DNA of 64,000 bases from Yuukianura sp. NJ FZ-2021 (taxonomy: Eukaryota), in NCBI GenBank assembly GCA_046563655.1, contig CM102285.1, forward strand, positions 11,904,001 to 11,968,000, read 5' to 3'. The position numbers and the translations under genes were made by a program. Of this stretch, positions 44,266 to 57,126 are shown piece after piece (within the stretch, counting starts at the first letter, position 1; each line of letters opens with the position of its first letter). The notes beneath the pieces were generated by a model that was given only the letters and a program-made list of their open reading frames with translations, was not told the DNA's origin and searched no databases.

Positions 44266-46202
44266 TCAATCGAAAATGTATTGTAAAGGCTGGGGGGGCA
44301 AGCCCCCCCAGACCCCCCCCCCGTTTTTGGCTTTTGAGTTGAGACTTGAGATGGAATTTTTGGAAGTCTGTGCTTGGAGAAGTAATGTAAAAGGTACACC
44401 CCAAGATCGTTCCACTCTTCCACACACAGAGAGTTTTTTGCACATATAGTTTGCATTGTCATGCTGTTAACATTGGGACGACCAACACTCGTCAATTAGA
44501 GTATGATTTTTGCCAAGAGGTTGGGCCAAATGCGCATGAAATAGTTTTATGGTCTCTTGAACACTTAGTTCTGGATAGAAGTTGAAAAATATACCAGAAA
44601 TATCTAATGCTAGGTACTACACGAGTCATCATTATTTTGATTATGCCAAAAAATAAAGTTGAATTTTGCTACTAGATTTGCAATGTTGATAAATAGCGTG
44701 GGGGATTCTGAATTGTGAATTTTAAAAAAACTGGAAAAACTAGTTTTGGGATTCTGGACACTTGAAATGTTAAAAAACTAGGAAACGTTTTTAATTGTGG
44801 GTGGTAATCAACAGTTTGTTGTGCTTCCTACCAGGAAAAATTCTCACATTTAGGATTACGATCATTCAAACACTGGATTTTTGTAAAACCAAGCAAAAAC
44901 TGGAAACTCCTTACAAATTTAAGTTGAGTTATTTGGCTAAAAACAAAAACTAGGAAGTCAGAATATTTTTTAGTCTTGCTTTTTGCTTACAACGTCTTCA
45001 GCAATGTATTTTTTTTTGAAATTTGGATCTATCTACAATGTACAGTGCTGATCACAAAAAGGTAGACACCAGCACACTCAAAAGTTTGTTGCTTTTTAAA
45101 ATTGTTACAATTAAAATAGTTAAAATTAAAATTATTCGAATAGTTTCTTTTTTATTGCAAAAAAGTTACTTTTTTTGCCGATCAGTTTTTTGGTCTCCAT
45201 CTCCCCCCAGAAATTTCAAATTTGGAAATTCTTGGAACATTTATGGAAATGTTGGATGAAACATTTTTTGGGTGTCTACTTTTTCGTTAAGTACGTATTA
45301 AATGGAAGCGTTGACCCTCTTTTGCGTATTTTAAAATTCTGATGATCTCTTGGTAGTGTTTTGTAACGTGTGGAATATCTAATCTTCCAGAAAAGGTGTC
45401 AACATCGCTGGAAACACATTTTGTGGTTGTACTAATCGCTGCTAGTCAACAGAAATGATTCAGTTTGTTGAGTTTATTTCGACATCGTAGGAAAGAAGCT
45501 CCTAAGTACAAATATCGCTGGTGTCATGAAAATATGAACCACAGAGTTCAAATTTTGAGTTTCTATGAGTTAAAAGTTTTTATCATTTTGACAAATAACG
45601 GCGCAGTAATTTTTGTTTTTAATTATTCAACGATTGCTCAAAAGCCAAAAGTTTTCAAATAAAAACATTCACGTGTCATAATGTGAACTCGAATTAGGTC
45701 AAAGAGCAAAATGAGCAAAATTCAGACAAGAGATTGAAGGCTAGTCAGATATGACGCAAACTTTTTAGCAACTTATCCATTTGCACCTCTTCTGTTAAAA
45801 ACTGAAGTGGTAAACCTTGGAATTTAATTATTACTGTTGACCAAAGAAAACTTGTTGTTATTGACATTGTTTTTAAGATTTTCGCAGGTTTTCTAATATC
45901 TGTGTCCACTTTAGACAATTTGGCTATGCTAGAATATGATTATGAGAATTATTTGACCCAGTCTCACATCTTGGTGTGGTGAAGGCTGACTTGTTTTGGT
46001 TTTTTATTATAAGAATACAAAAACTCTTTGCGTTTATCCGTAACAATCACAGAGATTTGGTTTTCTTAACGAATTTATATTATATTCACATTTCACTTTT
46101 GAAAGTAGAAGTTAAACGTGATTTTTTCTGCTTTTTAGATGCTACCACTCAAATCTCCCAAGTTCCCTTTCATTAAGGTCGACCACTTTACACATCAAAC
46201 AC

Positions 46203-47381
46203 TTAACTTTTGGTTCTCCTTCTTCGTTTCAAATGAATTTTGGCATGGAACTCTACTACAAATTTAGCCACAATGTCCACAAGATGATGAAATAGTCCAA
46301 ATTGGTAGTAGAGCGTTAAAATACACTTGAAAGCTATGTAGTAACACCAGTCTGTCCAACTCAATAATTTATATAAATTAGTGCCCTGGAAAGTAGGCAG
46401 AGCTTCTTTGGAGTAGAGTCCATAGAATAGAAAAGATTTGACAGATCCGAAATACGTAAATTTTCCAAATCCATCGAGTAGTGATTTCTGTAAAGTGAAA
46501 ATCCGAACGTCCATGTCTTTGAGACTGGCGAGACCAACGTCAGTGAATAGGCGACGGTAGAGTTCTTGATCTGGAAATAGAGCAATGTTAAAACGATCTT
46601 GAATTCCTAGGAGTCTGCCAAAAATGGCCCAGAGATGTAAAAATCCACGGAGACCAGACTTGTCACGTACTCCGAGTGTCACGGGAAACATGTACAGAAG
46701 TCCTACCAAACCAAATTGGGTCATGGCCATGTCAAATTGACTCATTGTCACTTGCGGTGAGTAGGTTAGGATTTCTGGAGGAACAGGATTTGTTGGAATG
46801 TGTTGGAGATCTTGTGTTAGAGCATGAATTACTTCTAATTTTTCTGGATTTATGATGAAATCTTCATTTGTAGGGAGCGGAGTTTTCAGACAAATCCGTA
46901 ATGCATGCCGATGCATTGCTCTAACTTTTTGGATTCCTTTAACAGTTTGGTCAACTTCACTAATAATGTTATTGTTGTTTGAATTTCGGGGATTTCGGAT
47001 ACCATCTTGGTACCAATCTTTGAAGTGGACAAAAGTTGACAAGTAGCGGACCATAGAATCAGTCACGTCATGAGATTTGCCAGTTCTTAGCAGAACTGTA
47101 CTCAGACGTTTGAAGGAGAATCCATACAGGAGAGCTCCAAGATGAGCACAGATGAGGGCGAAGAAGTTGGACTTAATAAATCGTTGTCCTTCACTGACTA
47201 GGTATGGATTAAACCATTCAATATCTTTGACAGAACAGGGCTTGGAAGCGTCGCCGGCGACATACGGAGCTTCGTGTATCAGCCGGTCGTAAACGGCTTG
47301 ACGTTCGGCTGGACTCAGCTTCGGCTCGAGGCCGGCGTCTCCGCTGTCTCCGCTAGTCGTCACATCTTCAGTCGTTTCCAT
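46203..47381 (-). CDS. MpaB/Lcp-like domain protein, paralog 3, intronless, 392 aa
   Basis: Single ORF from the first ATG at 47381. DIEW...EGQRF, LLRTG, VRYLSTFVHFKDWY, VRAMH, MSQFDMAMTQFG, GFLHLWAIFGRLLGIQDRFNI. Confidence 0.78.
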   Translation of the reverse strand: METTEDVTTSGDSGDAGLEPKLSPAERQAVYDRLIHEAPYVAGDASKPCSVKDIEWFNPYLVSEGQRFIKSNFFALICAHLGALLYGFSFKRLSTVLLRTGKSHDVTDSMVRYLSTFVHFKDWYQDGIRNPRNSNNNNIISEVDQTVKGIQKVRAMHRHALRICLKTPLPTNEDFIINPEKLEVIHALTQDLQHIPTNPVPPEILTYSPQVTMSQFDMAMTQFGLVGLLYMFPVTLGVRDKSGLRGFLHLWAIFGRLLGIQDRFNIALFPDQELYRRLFTDVGLASLKDMDVRIFTLQKSLLDGFGKFTYFGSVKSFLFYGLYSKEALPTFQGTNLYKLLSWTDWCYYIAFKCILTLYYQFGLFHHLVDIVAKFVVEFHAKIHLKRRRRTKS

Positions 47382-49346
47382 CACTGCCACATTCACATAA
47401 CCACAAAAATTTAGGCTTTTGAAGTTAGTTTGGCGACCATTTTGGCTGTTGGCCCGTAAAGGAACAACGGAATATTTGAGGCGAAGAATGAACAGAAAAG
47501 AACTTTGGTCGAGAGAGCGTGATGCTGGCAGAATGTTTAAACTTACAGTTGTTGTGGTTCGTCTGTGTTGCTGAAGTTTCTAATTCAATTGTTGTGAGAA
47601 GAGCGTTCGTTTTGGCATGATTGCAGTTTGTTGAAAAGTTAGAAACTGTGTTGGTTAGTGCTCTCTCAGAGAACAATTTACTGATGAAAAGCAAGATGGT
47701 TACTGACTGACTGTAGAGTTAAGTGTGTATGAGCGTAAGATTCCTTTGATTGTTGTGAAGTACTACGAGAAGATGGAATCTGGGACAGCATTTTATGTTT
47801 GCATCTCAAAGGCTAAAGAAACTGACACACCTTGACGAAGCCGGAAGGAAATCCTAAGTCTGTAGATCCACACGACTTTGAAAAACCTTGATTTTTGAAG
47901 GAAATGTTGTCGAAATTTTGAAGGAGATTTGGATTTTGGAGTTAAGAACTTCTTGTTCCGGTTTTCTGAAAATTCACGCACTACACTGAATTATTTTGAT
48001 GCTTTCCAAGGTCAACAACATTTTGGACACAAAGCTTTTGAACTTGAAGTAACTGTAAATTTTTAAAAAATTTGATTTTTTTTTGGAAATGAATTGCAGA
48101 TCAGGGAAAACAACTTCCTGTTTTGTCTGTGTTTTCTGCAGTGCAGTTGAAATGATCAGTGATCTCTGTGTGCACAATCACAACTGGGTGGTTGGTAACT
48201 GCAATTTACAATTGCGATTTTGTTTGCCAAAATCTTAGTCGAAAGGAGACGTGACTTTAACGTAGTAGCAGCAAAATTAATGTTTGGGTACTTGGGGGTT
48301 AACCCCCCAAGTACCTTCTCTGTTTAAGGGGATTTCACTTAATCGAGCTAAAAAGTTTAGTGCATCCGGTTGCATAACAATTTGCAATCAAAAAATTAGT
48401 AATGTTGATAATTTCTGTTGTAGCGTAGCATTCCGGTTGCAGGGTTGTCGAATCAAAATTTTACCAAAAAAATGAAGTCGTAACTCGTAAACTTATAAAT
48501 TGCTAGAAAAAAATGCAACAAAAGTGCACTGAAATTTCTATTTTTCTGGGAAACCAATTCTAATTTTGAATTTCGAAATTTCTAAAGTTCTGCTGCTGTC
48601 TTAAATTTTAACAATTTTGTCAACTGTAGTTGTGGTTAAGTTATTTTTTTTCTTGCCAAAGATACACTATATGTACTACAATTTTTTTTTGATGTGCGTG
48701 AATATTATGAGTCAGAGCAGAGTCATAGTGCTGAAATTGTAAAGTGAAAAGTTGCAAGGTAGGTTAGTAGGTGAATGGACTTTATAATAATAGATTCAGG
48801 AGAGAGATGCAGGGGTGATTTAATTAGCACTGACAAAAATACTACAGCAGGACACAACAACACTCTGCAGCATACAATAGGGTTCGCAATTTATGAATTT
48901 TTTTAAAGCAATTTGCAATGACGAAGGAATAGAAAAAACAAAAGACACGTCTGTCAATTTCTTCCCACGTTCCACTTTCCGCCTTCATTTATTATTGCTA
49001 ATTACGCTTCTTTTTTTTACAATCTTCGAAGAACAAAAGACAAAATCTGCACAGAATAAATTACTTTCAAATTAGCTTTTCAAAAAAAATAATAACAATA
49101 CAAACAAAATTAGCAACAAAACATAACGAGCATAGTAGGACAGGAAGCTTTCTCCCGTTGAAAGACCGAACCAGTTTTGCCATTTCCCACGCTACATAAG
49201 CTCATTAATTTCAATTTTAAATTTTACATTAAAACTAAAACTAATTTTAATTTTAAACTAAGTCAAAACAAAACTTAAATTATTCTCAACTTATAGCAAA
49301 CTAAATGAGGAAAAAAGTGAAGAAACTTGGTTTTTGCTTTAAATTT

Positions 49347-50762
49347 TTAAATTATGGCAATGAAAATGAGTAGAGTTGTTCCAATGACAAGGAAGTATCG
49401 AGTGACAGTTTGCTTCAAAATTTGGATTCCTTCATTTTTGAAAATTTCGAAAATTGATGCATTAGTGTTGTTGTCACGAAGGAGGTTCGTTTTGGATTTG
49501 TTTCCTTTGGTCAAGTACTTGGCACTGGCTTGAGCCAGTGCTCTGCGAGCAGTCCAATTAACACCAATTCGTACCATAGGGAAAGTGTAGACAGATCCAA
49601 GGAGAATTCGCATTAGCCAATAGCAAGCAACGTCTTTCCAATTGAGAAGTTTCCGAAGTTGGTGGCCTTTGAAGTTAATCAAAGCGTTGTTTCTGGACAG
49701 ACCAAAGTAAAGTAGTGATTTGTGTGTGGTGTAGTGAGCATATTTGGCCACGCCCTTAATTAACACTTCTTGTAAGTGAATCACAATTAAGTCTGAGTCT
49801 TTGAGACTTCCAATTCCAATGTTCATGAAAATCTTGTGGTAGAGGCGGTAGCTGGGATATAAAGCCAAGTTGAATCTGTCGTGGATTCCCAAAAGTTTGC
49901 CAATTATGGCCCATAAGTGCAGAAATCCATCGAGGCCTTGGTCATTGCTGATGCCGAGGACAGCAGGGAAGAGGTATACCAAAGAAATGACGCCTAGGGA
50001 AGAAGTTAAAGTGTGCAATTAGTTAATTAATCACTTAAGTTGATGATTTATTGTTGTATTTTTGTTTGTAGAAGGTTTTGTACCGAATTGAGTCATGACC
50101 ATGTCGAATTGACTCATGCCCACAACCGGAAAGTACGTAAAGAGATGATGCGGCACTTCCTTAATTGAAATTGGACTCAAATCGTTTCTTACAGCGTCCA
50201 TAATAGCTCGTGTCCCTGGATTCTCAATGTCTTTGTTTAAAAGGTCAAGGTCACTGGCCTTGATGGGTTCCCTTTTGTACTGTTTGAGAGCCAATAGATG
50301 CATTTTCTTAACGCGCTGGACATCGGCGTATCCCTCGGAAGCGGATGTCATAATGCTTGACTCGTACCATGTTTTGAGGTGCATAAATGTTGACAAGTAG
50401 CGTACAAGTGAAAGTTCAACGCTACTGGAATTTCCAGTTCGTAGTAGAAATGTTGATAGGCTTTTGAAAGAAAATCCATAGAGGAGAGCACCTAAATGGG
50501 CACAGATTAGGGAAAAGAAGTTTCTGGACACGAATTGTTGACCGGCTTGAACTAGGGCGGGGTCAATCCAGGTCATGTCACTGGATCTACAGGGCTGAAA
50601 TTCCACTTGGCCACTGGCGACATATGGAGCTTCGTTGATAAGCCGGTTGTAAATCAAGTCCACTTCGTCGTCACTTTCTTCCGGAATTCTTGGTTTGGGC
50701 AATTCAAATTCGGCTGACGTTGGAAGATGATGAGACTTTGGATCTTGGGTGACTGGAGCCAT
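49347..50762 (-). CDS. MpaB/Lcp-like domain protein, paralog 4, ~441 aa, 2 exons, C-terminal hydrophobic tail
   Basis: Exons 50762-50084 and 49993-49347 (intron GTACAA...CCCTAG, 90 nt). VRYLSTFMHLKTWYE, VKKMH, MSQFDMVMTQFG, GFLHLWAIIGKLLGIHDRFNL; ends YFLVIGTTLLIFIAII. Confidence 0.77.
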
Positions 50763-51497
50763 TTTTCACTGCACTGGGTGACCTTAAGGTCAATTTTTGT
50801 TTACACTGCGATTAACATGCTAAGACTTTCAAACACGTAAGCCAATTGACTTGTGAGAGAAAGTATTTGGAGAGAGGTGCTTGGTTTCGTTATTAAACTG
50901 GAATAAAAGATCAAGTCCAACGGTCACTTCAGCATGTATACTTCAGCAGCAGATGCAGAATGCAGATTGATCAGAGAAAACGAGTTTTAGGCCCCTCGAA
51001 ATCAATGTTAAAAAGGAAAGTTGTTAGGAATTGAAGAATTAGCTAACAATTCTTTGATCGTTGAACGAATACACGAACGGAATGGATTCGCATTCTTCTT
51101 ATTAAGCTTTGTTTGTTGGCCATTTTGTGGCGGATGCTTTTAAGCGCATATCCTGTGTGCGAAAACAGGAAAAACTTGCCGAATAGACTTTCCATCTTAC
51201 AAAGAACGGGAGGACCAGAGGTGAGGACGAAGATCTTTTGAAAAAATGGTTTTTAACAAGAAAATTCAAAGATGTAGCGGATTTGAGCAATTGAAGAGAC
51301 TGCTCGGAAGATGATCTCTCAACACTTAAGGAAGATGAGGACAATTAAGACGAGATAACTATGCCACTCTGCCAGGGGGAACTGAACTCATCTTCATGTC
51401 TGCTGCATTCAGCTCATTGTTTTCACAAATCGGATAATGAACTCTGCAGACGCTTCTGTAACAGGTATTTCCTCATTTCCGCAAAAATTCTTTCCGA

Positions 51498-51700
51498 AAA
51501 TCAAAATCCTCACAAATTTACGCGACAAAATTCTAATTAAAATCAAAACCCCCAAGAATTGATGCGACAAAATTTTACTGAAATCAAAATCCCTAAGAAT
51601 TTATGCGTCAAAACTCTACTGAAATCAGTGAAATCAAAATCCCTGAGAATTAATGCGACAAAAATCGGTTAAAGTCAACATCTGCAGGAAATTAACATGA
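51498..51700. repeat. Minisatellite, ~41-bp unit, ~4.5 copies
   Basis: Units start at 51498, 51540, 51581 and 51631. Consensus approximately AAATCAAAATCCCTAAGAATTTATGCGACAAAATTCTACTG. Confidence 0.8.
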
Positions 51701-52609
51701 ACTTTACTAAAAACCAATTTGTTAAAGCTACAACTAACAATAAGTAATAGCATGCCCTAAAATAATCGTAGAAATTTAACATTCGGATTTAAACTTCGCA
51801 ATCATGCAGTACTCAAATGCATCAAAAAAAGAATGCAACGCAAATCACTCGTGAGATGGGTGAAATTCTGTTTTTAAAAAACTGGCAATTGCATAAAAAT
51901 AAGTTTACATAAAAACATTATGTGCTTGCCGTCGAGTATTGTTCAGTACAGTCAAAACAAAATTAAAAGGCATCTTGTAGTTCAGTAAATTGTATTTCTA
52001 CTACTTTAAACTAAATTAAAATTGTATTTTTTTTTTGATTATTTAGCTTAATTAAACAAGTTTAATATCAAATTTCTAAAAAAGACAGTTAGGTTATTGG
52101 GTGTAATTGACGGAAAAATAAGAAGAAATAACATTAGTAATTATGTTTCAAAATATAATGTACAAAAATGAATATCTATAATAAATAAAAATAAATAAGT
52201 AGTAAATAGTAAATGTGAGTAAAGTGGCTAGAGGAGTGCCACCTTGTAGTGAGTGGGGAGTGAGTGGCCAACTTGTGTTGTGTGAAAGTTCATTTCCTCT
52301 TGTTTGTGTGCTGAGGAATGAGGTGTGAATTTAGTAAAGTGGAGGAATATTTTCTGCAGTCCAAAACCCCTCCCTCGTCGTATTTTCTTTCAATTGTCAA
52401 TTTTATATCTTCTACTTCATTTCCTCACAGCAAATATTCACAAAGTTTCACTTTCTTAGCAAACCAAGTGTGTGAAGATGCTAATTAATTAACATGAAGT
52501 AACCAACGATTACTTCCTCTACGCACAACACACAATATCAAGGTAACAGCCGTGCCTTTAACAAGTGTAACGGGGAAACGGAAGAAGACGACGAGAGATC
52601 AAATCAGCC

Positions 52610-55600
52610 ATGGATTTGTCACAATTTATATCTCCGATGGACCCTCCAGCAGCCACTTACCAACCTAATCAATTAGTTGATTCCAATTTTATGAGGTGTC
52701 TTAGGAGAGATCCATCAAGAAGAACGGCGGCGGACGTGCAGACGATTTACATAACGCTGAGGTATGTACTTAGACTATGACCTGTTGGTTTTCCTGGTGA
52801 ATTTTTGATGTTTCATAATCGTTTTGCAATTTATGTGGATTGTGCAATATTATGAGTCTTCTAATGTTGTTGTCGTTGTTGTATTTGTCATATACAGATC
52901 CATGGGTTGTCTCTCCAGAGTCGATGACTCCGTTTTGCTAATGATTAGTGAGACATGCACCTATATGTCACGTTGTGCGAATGAAATTTTGTACTGCCGG
53001 GGTGAAATGGCATCACATTGGTATATTTTATTGTCCGGTTCAGTCTTTATTGACGGAAGTATGTTTCTTCCAATCGCAAGGTATTCTTAACTGTTGTTTT
53101 TACAAGTTATTTTGATTTTGGGGCTTTGTAATAGTTAATCAGTTGCTTCTTCTGTTATGTGTTTTGTGTAGTTTCGGTCGTCGAATGTCTTCGAATCAAA
53201 CACGTCGTCCAAACGAATGCCTAATCCTCGAACCGTCCGAAATGATGTGCATCGAATATGAAGTACCTGTGGTTAATGGTGTGGTCGTCCAGCCCAATTC
53301 CCGCACTAGCACCTACAGCAATTACTCATCGGATACTTCCTCAGCGTACTCTGGTATGACGGAGCATGACTAACTTCGGCCCTTCCTTCCTGAGCATAAC
53401 ACTTCGTATGTGCTGAAATTGTACTGTTCATTTTACTTTACAGGTTCGGATACGATGGGGTCATCTGTCGTCCTTGACAATCACTCAGACAATGACATGG
53501 ACCTAACAGGTCTGCAAGAATCGACTGTGGATTCGGAAGATGAATTCGATGATTTAACAAACTCCATGGACTCCCTCACTGTCAAGTAAGCAGTTTCCAC
53601 CTTAACCTCTCTAATTGATGGTTGTCAGGCATGAATGATAATGTTCAACTTTATCTTTCTTTAGGGATGCTGTGAGAGAATGCCTTGAGAAGGATCCATC
53701 GGAGAGAACTGACCCTGACATCAACGTTTTGTTAGAATTTACTCAACACCTCTCTGCCTTCAATGATTTAACAGCAGCCGTTCGTCGTGCTCTCTGTCAG
53801 GTCATGGTTTTCGCAGTCGTTGAGAAATCAAATACGATCGTTCTCAATCATGGCGAAGAGTTAGATTCGTGGAGTGTCGTAGTCAATGGATTGGTAGAAG
53901 TCGAAGAAGACGATGGTCAGACATATCTTCTTCAACCTGGAGACAGTTTCGGGCTTCCACCTACGTTGGATAAGCAATATTTCAATGGAGAAATGAAAAC
54001 AAAAGTGGATGATTGCCAATTCATTTGTGTTACTCAAGAGGACTACTATAGGATTTTGAGACAGGTCAGTCTAGTAGTTACAAGAATGTCGAATATCGTC
54101 GCAATTTATGAATTTACTTAATTGTGTTATAGGGACGAGAGAATCAAACGAAGATCACAAAAAACAACATGACTGTACTGGTAACAGAGTTGAAGACAGA
54201 CCTGGGATCAATTATAATTCGCGGAACAGTTGAAGAATTGATGAATCAACTGGTGACCAGTAGCGAAAATCCATCCGTTGATCCAACCTACGTCGAAGAC
54301 TTTCTTCTAACGCACAGAATTTTTTCTTGTAGCAATGTATTGGCTACAAACTTACTCAATTGGTTCACTGATTCGATTGTCAGAGACCGAGTGGCCAGAG
54401 TTGTTCTTCTCTGGGTGAACAATCATTTCGTCGATTTCGAAATGTCGGAACCATTGATGGGATTTCTGATGAGGTAATTTGTACGCCATTCATATGAAAT
54501 ATCGTATAAGGGAAGGGGCCGTAGAGGTCACTGTTGCATTAGTTTGACATTACATTCATTCCCTTTTCCAGATTTCAGCAGCTCCTGGAAAACAAAACGT
54601 GGACAACTGCGGCTGGGCAATTGCGACTTCTCCAGATAGCCTGCTCTGCCAAATCAAGAACAAGGAAAATTATACTAAATCGGCCTTGTCGTGACGATCC
54701 TCTCCCGTTCAACATTATGGGCGGAACGGAAGTTGGACACGGCATTTATATTAGTTCCGTAAGGAAAGACTTGATCTAAAATTACACTTTCAGTGAATCA
54801 TAATTCCTTTTTACTCAATTTTCCTGTTGTTTGTCATGATAATAGGTGGACCCATCTTATAGTACAACTCACAATGCGAATCTTCGTGTCGCGGACGAAC
54901 TTCTGGAAGTGAATGGACAATCTATGAGCGGCATGTGTCTGAACAAAGCTTACGAGCTGCTAACCAGCTCTACGCATTTTGTCGTTAGCGTCAAGTGTAA
55001 TTTCTTAGGTGAGATACCCAAGCACTTCAGTGTTTAGAAATCGAATTTCTTGTTTTATACCTAATTCTCATTTTCTGATTTTTCCTTCAGGTTACTACGA
55101 ATGTTCCCATACCACAACAGTCCCGTCCGAATCAGCAGCCACTAACATTACTCATGTAACTCAACTGAACAAAACGAAACCGTCTACAAAGAAGTTAAAG
55201 ATTTTGAGGATTCTTGGGAAATTTCACGTACTACCTAAAACTGAAGTTGAAGAGGAAATTGACTCAAACTCTGTTGGAAGTGATAATGTACAATTTCCGG
55301 AGAACGTACTCAAAGTGTACAGGTAAAAGCAAACAAATTGTGTCATCGAACCGTAGAAGGAGTTGGAATGTAAATAAGTACAAAGTGCACTAATTTGCAT
55401 CATTCTAATTTTCGTATTTAAGAACTGACCAAAGTTTCAAGTACCTGCTCGTGAACCGTGAGACTACTGCGAACGAAGTCGTGATGCTGGCGCTGCAGGA
55501 ATTCGTTGACTTGGCTGGACACAACTCCCGTGAATACGCTTTATTCCAGGTGATTATAAAAACTGATTTTTTGTAAAAGTTTTGTCATGTAACATGTAAC

Positions 55601-57126
55601 ATGTTTCACTAATCTAAAAATTTTTGAATTTCAGGTCTCTTGTCCAACGTCAACTCACATAAAACAAACCCGGTTACCGCCGCATCTTGACTCTCTTGCG
55701 GAAAGACTCCCACTAGGATCACGTTACTACATCAAAAAGCAGGACAGTTCTGTTCCTTGCTTACCAGATGACGGCATTCCAGATCTGCTGAAGGAGTCTG
55801 AAGTCTCAATCTTGAATCTGAACCCAACGCAATTAGCCCACCAACTTACTCTAGAAGACTACGTTATATTCAGACAAATCGAGCCGACAGAGTACATAGA
55901 CGACTTGTTCGGGTTGAAGTCAAACTACGGAACTCCTAATCTGACACTGTTTAGTCAACTTGTGAACAAAGAAACTTTCTGGGTCGTCAACGAAATCCTG
56001 AAAGAGGCTAACGTCAATCGCCGAGTTAGCGTCATCAAGAGGTTTGTCAAGATTGCAAATGTTTGCAAGGAGATTCGAAACTTCAATACTACGTTTAGCA
56101 TCATCAGTGGTCTTGGACATCGTTCTGTCTGTCGACTGAAGGCAACGTGGGAGAAAGTTCCGAACAAATATCTCAAAGTTTTCAAGGTAAATCCAGCATT
56201 CTGGAATTCCCAAAGTGTATTTTTCTTTCGTTTATAACAAATTCGTTGATTTTGTTTCAGGAAATGGAAAAACTGATGGATCCAAGTCGCAACATGGGAA
56301 AATACAGAACACTTTTGTCCAACTGTCAGACTCCTATGATTCCATTTTATCCAGTTGTGCGAAAGGTTGGTTGAGATGAGAAAACGAGTACAATTTTACT
56401 CTTGAAAGCTTGAACAGTATTCTATTAACTTTTTTGTTTGAATTTTTATAGGATCTCACCTTCATTGATCTTGGAAACTCGACGACCATTGACAATCTAG
56501 TAAACTTTGAGAAGATGCGAATGCTGGCGAGAGAGATCCGAACTTTGATTCAGATGTCAACGGCTCCTTTCGACACAACTTCGACACCAATCTTGGCTAG
56601 CATGAATCAGTTGAAATCCTCTTCAGCACAACTAACGACCACTACGGGTAAACGTCGTAAGCTTCCTCTCAATGCCAAGAAAATGTACGAAGAGATGAAC
56701 ATGATCCGGAAGGTCAAGGCATACTTATCTAAACTCGAGGTCATTGAAGATGAAAACGTTCTGTGGGAAATGAGCTTAGCGGCTGAGCCAGAACAATCAA
56801 GTAAGAAAATAGAAAAAACAGAAAAATCAGAACAGCCAGTTCGAAAAGCCCCATCTTCCCCGACACTCTCTACAACAAGTTCTACTGACTCGAGGAAAAT
56901 GTATCCTTTGTCCAACAGTTTCGCCCAATACCAGAAACTGATGTCTCTGAGTGAGCGATCCAGAACAAAGAAACCACAAATTGGGAATGGCAATGGGGGA
57001 ACGCTGTCAGCGAGTACGTCAATCAAAGACATTGATATTAGGAGTTCCGATCGCAGTGTGACGCCCAGTCCACTCGTTCCTTTGAATCCAGAATCCAGCA
57101 GTGTCTGTCCCGCTGGAAAACAGTAA
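52610..57126 (+). CDS. RAPGEF2: Rap guanine nucleotide exchange factor 2/6 (PDZ-GEF/dizzy), ~1146 aa
   Basis: 13 exons: 52610-52761, 52898-53080, 53172-53353, 53444-53585, 53665-54064, 54133-54473, 54572-54758, 54846-55008, 55091-55322, 55423-55549, 55635-56186, 56261-56365, 56452-57126 (3441 nt, in frame). Domains: cNMP-like (VRECLEKDP...DSWSVVVNG), REM ([13 protein letters not shown]), PDZ (DELLEVNGQ), RA ([15 protein letters not shown]) and RasGEF ([25 protein letters not shown]). Confidence 0.94.

Noticed and set aside
51498..51700. Possible CRISPR-like array
   Set aside because: Eukaryotic context; whole units are repeated in tandem with no unique spacers.
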